Assembly (NCBI GenBank): GCA_937992055.1
Contig: CALKLQ010000041.1
Span: 23,962 to 87,961 of the forward strand
Direction: 5' to 3'
Source of the DNA: an uncultured Clostridia bacterium
GTDB taxonomy: Bacteria; Bacillota; Clostridia; Christensenellales; UBA1242
Length of the DNA stretch: 64,000 nt
Part shown: positions 58,161 to 64,000 of the stretch, one piece after another
Layout of the letters: each line of letters opens with the position of its first letter
Position numbering within the stretch: position 1 is the first letter of the stretch
The notes under the pieces: generated by a model
Told to the model about the DNA's origin: nothing
Seen by the model: only the letters and a program-made list of their open reading frames with translations
The model's database searches: none
Made by a program: the position numbers and the translations under genes

Positions 58161-59162
58161 TTATTTTCTTCCTTTCTTTTCATCACTATTTCCAGCCAAA
58201 GAATTTCTCATAGCTGTATCAGAGTTGAGATTTTGGATTTTATAGTAGTCCATTACTCCCATTTGCCCCTTCTTAATAGCTTCTGCCATTGCCTTAGGAA
58301 CTTCTGCCTCTGCGGACAAAACCATTGCTTTCATTTCTTGGGTTCTGGCACGCATCTCTTGTTCTGCGGCAGTAGCCATAGCTCTTCTTTCCTCAGCTTT
58401 TGCCTGAGCAACCGTTTTATCTGCCTCTGCTTGGTCCATCATAAGTCTAGCACCAATATTTTTACCAACATCAATATCGGCCATGTCAATAGAAATAATT
58501 TCATAAGATGTACCTGAATCTAATCCCTTTGCAAGCACGGTTTTAGAAATCAAATCTGGATTTTCAAGCACAACAGTGTGAGTTTCTGCAGAACCTACAG
58601 TGGTTACAATTCCCTCACCAACACGGGCAAGTATGGTTTCCTCTCCAGCACCACCAACAAGTCTGGCGATGTTGGCTCTAACTGTAATTCTTGCCTTAAC
58701 TTTAAGTTCTATACCATTTTTAGCAATAGCAGAAATCCAATCTGTTTCTATTACTTTTGGTGTTACACTTTGTCTTACAGCAAGAGAAATATCACGACCA
58801 GCTAGGTCGATAGCTTTAGCCAAATCAAGAGACAATGCAAATTTTGCACTGTGTGCAGAAATAAGAGAATTGACAACTTTTTGAACATCACCACCAGCCA
58901 TATAATGGGTTTCTAAATCAACTATCTCAATATTTAAACCTGCTTTTTTTGCCTGAATATAAGCATCAATTATGTATGAAACTTTAATTCTACGCATTTT
59001 CATACCAACAAGTCTTGTCATAGAAACGTGTGCACCTGAAACAAGTGCAACAAACCAAGTTTTAATAGGAACAACTGCAAGCACAACGGCAAGCATAACA
59101 ACTAAAAGCCCTAAAACAACATATAGAACAATTTCCCATGTTGCAACTAATAATAAACTCAT
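58161..59162 (-). CDS. floA: flotillin-like protein FloA (UPF0365/YqfA family)
   Basis: 333 aa. N-terminal TM helix, [25 protein letters not shown]..., Ala/Glu-rich C-terminal helix. Paired with an NfeD gene. Confidence 0.8.
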   Translation of the reverse strand: MSLLLVATWEIVLYVVLGLLVVMLAVVLAVVPIKTWFVALVSGAHVSMTRLVGMKMRRIKVSYIIDAYIQAKKAGLNIEIVDLETHYMAGGDVQKVVNSLISAHSAKFALSLDLAKAIDLAGRDISLAVRQSVTPKVIETDWISAIAKNGIELKVKARITVRANIARLVGGAGEETILARVGEGIVTTVGSAETHTVVLENPDLISKTVLAKGLDSGTSYEIISIDMADIDVGKNIGARLMMDQAEADKTVAQAKAEERRAMATAAEQEMRARTQEMKAMVLSAEAEVPKAMAEAIKKGQMGVMDYYKIQNLNSDTAMRNSLAGNSDEKKGRK

Positions 59163-59689
59163 TTTATACCTCCATCTAGAGCAATATATATTACATTATT
59201 TTCCACACCAGTAACTACCACATTATTTCCGGCTTCTATAACCTCATTTGATAAGACATCGAAAATTTTATCGTCTATTCGCATTTTCCCTACTGGTTTA
59301 CATTCAGTAATCAATATTCCATGCTTTCCTATAAGATCAACGTTTTCATTTTTACTTACATCAGAATAATCAATTGGAATAGCGGTTTTGTTTTCAACTA
59401 AGGCAGACTTGCCAATCAATCCATATTTGGCGGAACGAATGAATATTAAAAACAAAAGAGTGAAAATTAATGCTAAAATCATTACAATAATAAAAACTTG
59501 AATAATTGAGCCAGAAAAAACGGCGTGAAGAACTATTCCACCAATTTCGCAAATGATGCCAAAAATACCAAAAAATCCAAAGCCAGGAACAATTGCTTCA
59601 ACAAAGCAAGAAATGATTCCAACTACTAACAAAATTATTACTATCCAAGATGTTTGAGTTGTAAGTTTTACAAGCTCTTCCCAGAACAT
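59159..59689 (-). CDS. NfeD-family membrane protein
   Basis: 176 aa. Three to four TM helices plus a C-terminal OB-like soluble domain ([27 protein letters not shown]). ATGA overlap with floA. Confidence 0.7.
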   Translation of the reverse strand: MFWEELVKLTTQTSWIVIILLVVGIISCFVEAIVPGFGFFGIFGIICEIGGIVLHAVFSGSIIQVFIIVMILALIFTLLFLIFIRSAKYGLIGKSALVENKTAIPIDYSDVSKNENVDLIGKHGILITECKPVGKMRIDDKIFDVLSNEVIEAGNNVVVTGVENNVIYIALDGGIK

Positions 59690-59797
59690 ATAATCGCTCC
59701 TTTTTCAAGATAATAATAACATATTAATTTAACTTTGTGAAGATGTAATTTTAAAAAAATTTTTACTAAGATTAGCATTAGTTTACTAAGCTAAATT

Positions 59798-60625
59798 TTA
59801 ATCTGTAAATCTCTTATAAAAAAAGAAAAGTTGTTGAACGTAGGCAGACAAATCTTTAAACCTATCCACCAATTTTTCTCGCATTATCTTTCTATTTGTT
59901 TCTTCTTTATCAAAATATTGTTGATAAACTTTTTCTATCCAAGTATCAACAGGAAAAACATCCTTTTTCCCATAAACAGACATCAAAATACAATCTGCAA
60001 CCTTGCTTCCTATCCCACAAAACTTTAGTAATTCCTCTTTTAAAATAGAGGTCTCGAGTGAAGCATAATCTGTCAGCATTTGAAAATCCATTGCGTGTAT
60101 CAATCTTACAAGTTGACTTGCTCTATATCCGCAACCCGCTTCAACAAAAAATTTTTCATCAAGTTGTTTTAGTTTTTCTAAGGTTGGAAAGGCAAAGTAT
60201 TCGCCCATACTTTCGCCAGAATATTCTCTAATATATTTTACAGAGTTTTTAATACGCTTTATATTATTATTAGCAGAAATCACCCAACTGACAAACATTT
60301 CGATCATGTCTTGATTGAGCATTCTAATTCCATGTCCGTATTCTATAATTTGACTAAATTGAGGAAATTTTTTTAATATCTCATTTTTGTAAATATTATA
60401 ATTTGTATTTAAATCAAAATAATTGATAAAATAATTAATTGACTTGGTATATATTCTATATTTATTATCTTCTTTTATTACTTTTGCACATTTATCTGCG
60501 CTTAAAATCAAATAATAATCATCAATTTTTTCGTATGAAAAAATTTGCCCACTTTCAACAATTTGTTCAATATCAAACTGAGTTAAATCTTCTATTTCAA
60601 TAAAATCTTTTGTTACATTATACAT
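59798..60625 (-). CDS. ogg: 8-oxoguanine DNA glycosylase / HhH-GPD family
   Basis: 275 aa. HhH-GPD element LLKFCGIGSKVADCILMSVYGKKDVFPVDTWI. Confidence 0.7.
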   Translation of the reverse strand: MYNVTKDFIEIEDLTQFDIEQIVESGQIFSYEKIDDYYLILSADKCAKVIKEDNKYRIYTKSINYFINYFDLNTNYNIYKNEILKKFPQFSQIIEYGHGIRMLNQDMIEMFVSWVISANNNIKRIKNSVKYIREYSGESMGEYFAFPTLEKLKQLDEKFFVEAGCGYRASQLVRLIHAMDFQMLTDYASLETSILKEELLKFCGIGSKVADCILMSVYGKKDVFPVDTWIEKVYQQYFDKEETNRKIMREKLVDRFKDLSAYVQQLFFFYKRFTD

Positions 60626-60763
60626 ATGTTAATTGTATCACTTTTTTAATTTAAATAAAAGATATTTTATAGACATCAAAAATTTATAAAAAACTTTCTT
60701 CCATAAAATACTTTTGGAGTCACCCAATCTAAAACTTTAAACGTTAACTTTAATCATAATTTT

Positions 60764-60794
60764 TAAAAAAATCTTAAACATTGTGTTTAAGATT
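60764..60794 (-). terminator. rho-independent terminator of the rplU-prp-rpmA operon
   Basis: ATCTTAAACA-(4 nt)-TGTTTAAGAT followed by TTTTTTT on the minus strand. Confidence 0.75.
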
Positions 60795-60815
60795 TCTTTC
60801 AGATTAATAAATAAA

Positions 60816-61085
60816 TTAAATAATATTGACATATTTTTTGTCGCCACTTTGTGAAAAATTAACTTTTCCATCAACAAGGGCATAAATTGTGTAATCTTTT
60901 CCAAGTCCAACATTTTTTCCTGGATAAAATTTTGTTCCTCTTTGTCTTACAATTATGCTTCCTGCTGTGACAGTTTGTCCATCACCACGTTTAACTCCCA
61001 ATCTTTTAGCTTGTGAGTCTCTTCCGTTCTTTGTGCTACCGCCACCTTTCTTGTGGGCAAAAAGTTGCAGATTAATAAACTTCAT
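60816..61085 (-). CDS. rpmA: 50S ribosomal protein L27 (with cleavable N-terminal extension)
   Basis: 89 aa. [24 protein letters not shown]: the LQLFA|HKKG propeptide is typical of Prp-processed Firmicutes L27. Confidence 0.95.
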   Translation of the reverse strand: MKFINLQLFAHKKGGGSTKNGRDSQAKRLGVKRGDGQTVTAGSIIVRQRGTKFYPGKNVGLGKDYTIYALVDGKVNFSQSGDKKYVNII

Positions 61086-61407
61086 TACAGACCTCCACTT
61101 TCATAAATTTTTCATTTCCAATTTCAATATCCTTTAAACTTACATATAAAGTTTCCATTAATAAACTTGCTTTTTGGGCTTGTTCTTTTGAAAGTTCAAA
61201 AGAGAACTCACCTTTATGCTCATTTCGCTTAAAGTCAACGTTAAAATTTAAAACTTTGGTAAGCCCCAAATATGTTGATTGAACAAGTGATGAAATCGCA
61301 CTACAAAGCACGTCTTCTCCACTAAAAGCTTTTCCAGTGTGACCTTTACAAGAAAGAGAATAAAGAAATTGATTTTTTTTAAAAGTAATTTTCGTCATAT
61401 TAAACAA
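61072..61407 (-). CDS. prp: ribosomal-processing cysteine protease Prp
   Basis: 111 aa. GHTG...[10 protein letters not shown] motif. Located between rplU and rpmA. Confidence 0.85.
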   Translation of the reverse strand: MFNMTKITFKKNQFLYSLSCKGHTGKAFSGEDVLCSAISSLVQSTYLGLTKVLNFNVDFKRNEHKGEFSFELSKEQAQKASLLMETLYVSLKDIEIGNEKFMKVEVCNEVY

Positions 61408-61705
61408 TCTCAGTAATTTTTACTTTTGTGTAAGGTTGACGATGACCTTGCTTGCTACGAACATTTTTCTTTGCTTTGTATTTGTAAACAACTATTTTGT
61501 CACCTTTGCCATGTTCCACAACTTCTGCTTTAATTTTTACATTTTTAACAAAAGGTGTTCCAGCGGTAACCTTTCCGTCCTTTTCAAGCATCAAAGCATT
61601 AAATTCCAAAGTTGAGCCAACTTCATTTTCAAGTTTTTCAACGCATACCAAGTCGCCAACTTGAACTTTATACTGCTTTCCACCTGTTTCAATGATTGCA
61701 AACAT
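61400..61705 (-). CDS. rplU: 50S ribosomal protein L21
   Basis: 101 aa. MFAIIETGGKQYKV...GHRQPYTKVKI. Confidence 0.95.
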   Translation of the reverse strand: MFAIIETGGKQYKVQVGDLVCVEKLENEVGSTLEFNALMLEKDGKVTAGTPFVKNVKIKAEVVEHGKGDKIVVYKYKAKKNVRSKQGHRQPYTKVKITEIV

Positions 61706-61790
61706 AATTTTCCTCCCTTAAAAATCTCGCTGACATGAGGTGGCACCAGCACTTAAACCCCATTCATGCGGAAAACTTTAAAAGTTATAT
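61706..61790 (-). promoter_or_regulatory. structured leader upstream of rplU (possible L21 ribosomal-protein leader)
   Basis: A locally G+C-rich segment (minus strand ...CCGCATGAATGGGGTTTAAGTGCTGGTGCCACCTCATGTCAGCGAG...) forms a CATGA...TCATG helix just 5' of the RBS. Position fits the Firmicutes L21 leader. Not verified against a model. Confidence 0.4.
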
Positions 61791-61985
61791 CACAAACGAT
61801 ATTTAATGTCAAGAATTTTTAGTCAACCATATATTAATATATTAATTAAACATAATCATTTCTAATTAAGTGCTTTTCTGAATTAAGCTAAAAACATAAC
61901 ATACAAAAGATTACACAAGCAAAGAAATAAAATTTCAAAACATAGATTATAAGCAGAAATAACAAATTAACACTGTTTAAGCAAC

Positions 61986-62423
61986 CTACTCAACAATAAC
62001 ACTATCATCACAAACCGAAACTATATCTCCGCTTTCTATCTTTGAAAGTAATTCGTCGCCAAGTTTGTCAACTACTACAATTTCAGACTTATAAAAATTT
62101 TTTGCTAAAACTAATCCAGCCAAAACAGAATTAGGCAATTGTTTTGAAGCTAATATGCAAATGGGTGAGCAATTGTTCTCAAGAATGGAAAGAGTGAATA
62201 ACACATCGACATTAGTATCTTCAAAGTTTTCAACACACAAAACTTTTGAGCTTATGCTTTTTAAATAAATATCGCTTTTTTTATCTTCAACAACAAGATT
62301 ATTATTTTTTTTAAAAAGCCCTTTTTGAAAACTATTTTTTAAATTTAAAACTCCATGACTTACAACCGCCTGCCCTCTTATAACACCAGGAAGTACACTG
62401 CGCCCCTTTAAAGATAATTTCAT
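61986..62423 (-). CDS. aconitase X swivel-domain subunit (DUF126-like)
   Basis: The ATG at 62423 (MKLSLKGRSVLPGVIRGQAVVS...) makes an ATGA overlap with the upstream gene. The track start at 62441 is upstream of this. Confidence 0.55.
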   Translation of the reverse strand: MKLSLKGRSVLPGVIRGQAVVSHGVLNLKNSFQKGLFKKNNNLVVEDKKSDIYLKSISSKVLCVENFEDTNVDVLFTLSILENNCSPICILASKQLPNSVLAGLVLAKNFYKSEIVVVDKLGDELLSKIESGDIVSVCDDSVIVE

Positions 62424-63688
62424 CTTATCCTCCCGCCACAAATTTGTTTTATAATTTGTTCCTCTTCAAAAAATCTTGCTGTTGAAAAGCATCTTAGTTT
62501 ATTTGAATTTGTAATTATATTTGTCTTTGAAATTCTTTTCAAATTCATTCCCATTAGCGGACAAAAGCTAGAGATAATTCCACCATATTTAATAAGTTCT
62601 TTAAATTCAGGCAATTCTTTGAATTTTTCCATAGTTTTTGAAGATGTTAAAAAATATGTTTTTATTTTAAGCTTATTTTTTTTGTTTTGTCTAAGTTCCC
62701 ACCCTATTTCATTTGTTAAATTTACAAGTTGATAGAGAGAAAGATGAGGACAACCTAAAATGCACAATTTTGCTTTTGAGTCAGGATTTTTCCACATAAT
62801 TTCATAGTCTTGTTTATTCTTTTCAAGGTCCTGTTCGTCAATGACAATAGTTTTAATTTTTGATTTGATGATTTGCTTTTTTAACAGTTTTACTTCAGGC
62901 GTAATTCCATTAATATGAAACAGTCTAACTTTTCCACCACAAGAAAATCCTGCTGAAAAATCTTTTAAAAAAGCCAAAGTTGGTTGATCTAAGTTCGCTT
63001 TTAAAATTTTTTCAAGACCAAATATAATTGGAACTTTGCCCTCACACTTTTTAGCTATTGTTTCACCAAGAAGTTGTGGGTCAATCTCTTTACCAACCTC
63101 TAATTTAATTGCAATTCCAGCCCTTCTATTTTCATCAAGCAAAAGTCCATAATTTAATGTTTTTTTCATAATATTGCAAAACAAATCAATAATAGGAGGA
63201 TTTTCATTGCTTTTTGCGCCCAAAACAGAATTGATATATGTAATAGCTACCGATTCAGACCATGCACAAACATCACCATAATCAATTTTATCTTGTTGTT
63301 CAAAGCAACCACAAGAATAAGAATTTACATTTAATTTTTTTAATTCTTGTTCCAAAACATCTTGCCGATTAAAATAAATTTTTTTATAGCTCAATTTTGC
63401 GTTTAAAAATTTATGTTTACCAAAAGTATTAGCAAATGGTTTAGGATTTGAAACCAAGTCAATTTTTGATTTTAATCCATGAGATGATAGTTTATTTAAT
63501 ATTAAAATAGCATTGTCAAAAGCTTTAGTGCCATAACTAAAGTGAACCTGCCCTATTGAGGAAGTAATAGGCACTAAATTTTTTGCGCCCACTAAATTTC
63601 CATAATCAATTAAAGTTTGTAAAACATTTTTCGTTGTTTCACCCTGTTCACCTTTAAGAATTTGCCTTTCTTCTAAACTTAACCTCAT
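62420..63688 (-). CDS. aconitase X catalytic-domain subunit (DUF521-like)
   Basis: 422 aa. Size, Cys/His-containing blocks and coupling to a ~145 aa partner fit the two-subunit AcnX family. Confidence 0.55.
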   Translation of the reverse strand: MRLSLEERQILKGEQGETTKNVLQTLIDYGNLVGAKNLVPITSSIGQVHFSYGTKAFDNAILILNKLSSHGLKSKIDLVSNPKPFANTFGKHKFLNAKLSYKKIYFNRQDVLEQELKKLNVNSYSCGCFEQQDKIDYGDVCAWSESVAITYINSVLGAKSNENPPIIDLFCNIMKKTLNYGLLLDENRRAGIAIKLEVGKEIDPQLLGETIAKKCEGKVPIIFGLEKILKANLDQPTLAFLKDFSAGFSCGGKVRLFHINGITPEVKLLKKQIIKSKIKTIVIDEQDLEKNKQDYEIMWKNPDSKAKLCILGCPHLSLYQLVNLTNEIGWELRQNKKNKLKIKTYFLTSSKTMEKFKELPEFKELIKYGGIISSFCPLMGMNLKRISKTNIITNSNKLRCFSTARFFEEEQIIKQICGGRIR

Positions 63689-64000
63689 CTTATTTACAAC
63701 CCTTTTGATATTTTAGCATCAAATTAAATAATCTTTAACATATTTTTGTTCTTAACTTATAAATGCACGCAAAAATTAATCACTAACTAAAAAACTTTGA
63801 AATAATAACAAATTATTATAACTACTATATCACAACCTAATTATATTTCAAAATATTTTACTCCACCTCAAAATAAAGTTCAACGCACATTAAAGATTAC
63901 CTCAAAAATTTTAAATGTGCAATATATATATGCCAACATTTTTTATATTCAATAATTTTACTCTTGAAAATTAAGCGGCATTATGATATAATTTATTATA

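Overview
AT-rich bacterial chromosome segment read with the standard code: conserved proteins are full length and several ORFs end in TGA. Gene order is Bacillota/Bacilli-like (rplU-prp-rpmA, secG-rnr-smpB-ssrA, rpoZ-priA-def-fmt...rsgA-rpe) and looks streamlined. Most of the window is housekeeping: PFOR, enolase, two tandem GT28 glycolipid synthases, HisS, ArgS, Obg, Nth, a ParE/ParC-like type IIA topoisomerase, PriA, MurG, tmRNA/SmpB, RNase R, FloA/NfeD, Ogg and an AcnX pair. The main finding is at 11.0-25.0 kb. A tRNA-Lys(CUU) gene is split in its anticodon loop by a ~12.8 kb integrated element that carries its own complete tRNA-Lys(CUU). The element encodes a tyrosine integrase, two XRE regulators, a pC194/Rep_1-type rolling-circle Rep and a Zot/pI-like P-loop ATPase. 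It also encodes two large N-terminally anchored surface proteins, one with a coiled coil plus about 12 BspA-type LRRs, and two Lys-rich proteins. I read it as an inovirus/plectrovirus-like ssDNA prophage, or possibly a plasmavirus-like one. It has a complete type II hammerhead ribozyme core in the leader of its long operon. Its non-coding region holds a hairpin-loop CTTGATA nick site. A second orphan tRNA 3' half 1.1 kb downstream suggests an older decayed integration at the same site. Secondary items are an XRE-HTH gene translationally coupled to an RSH-like HD/TGS protein without visible synthetase motifs, an 11-nt smpB/ssrA overlap, and a ParC-like N-terminal extension. All family assignments come from motif reading by eye; no searches were run.
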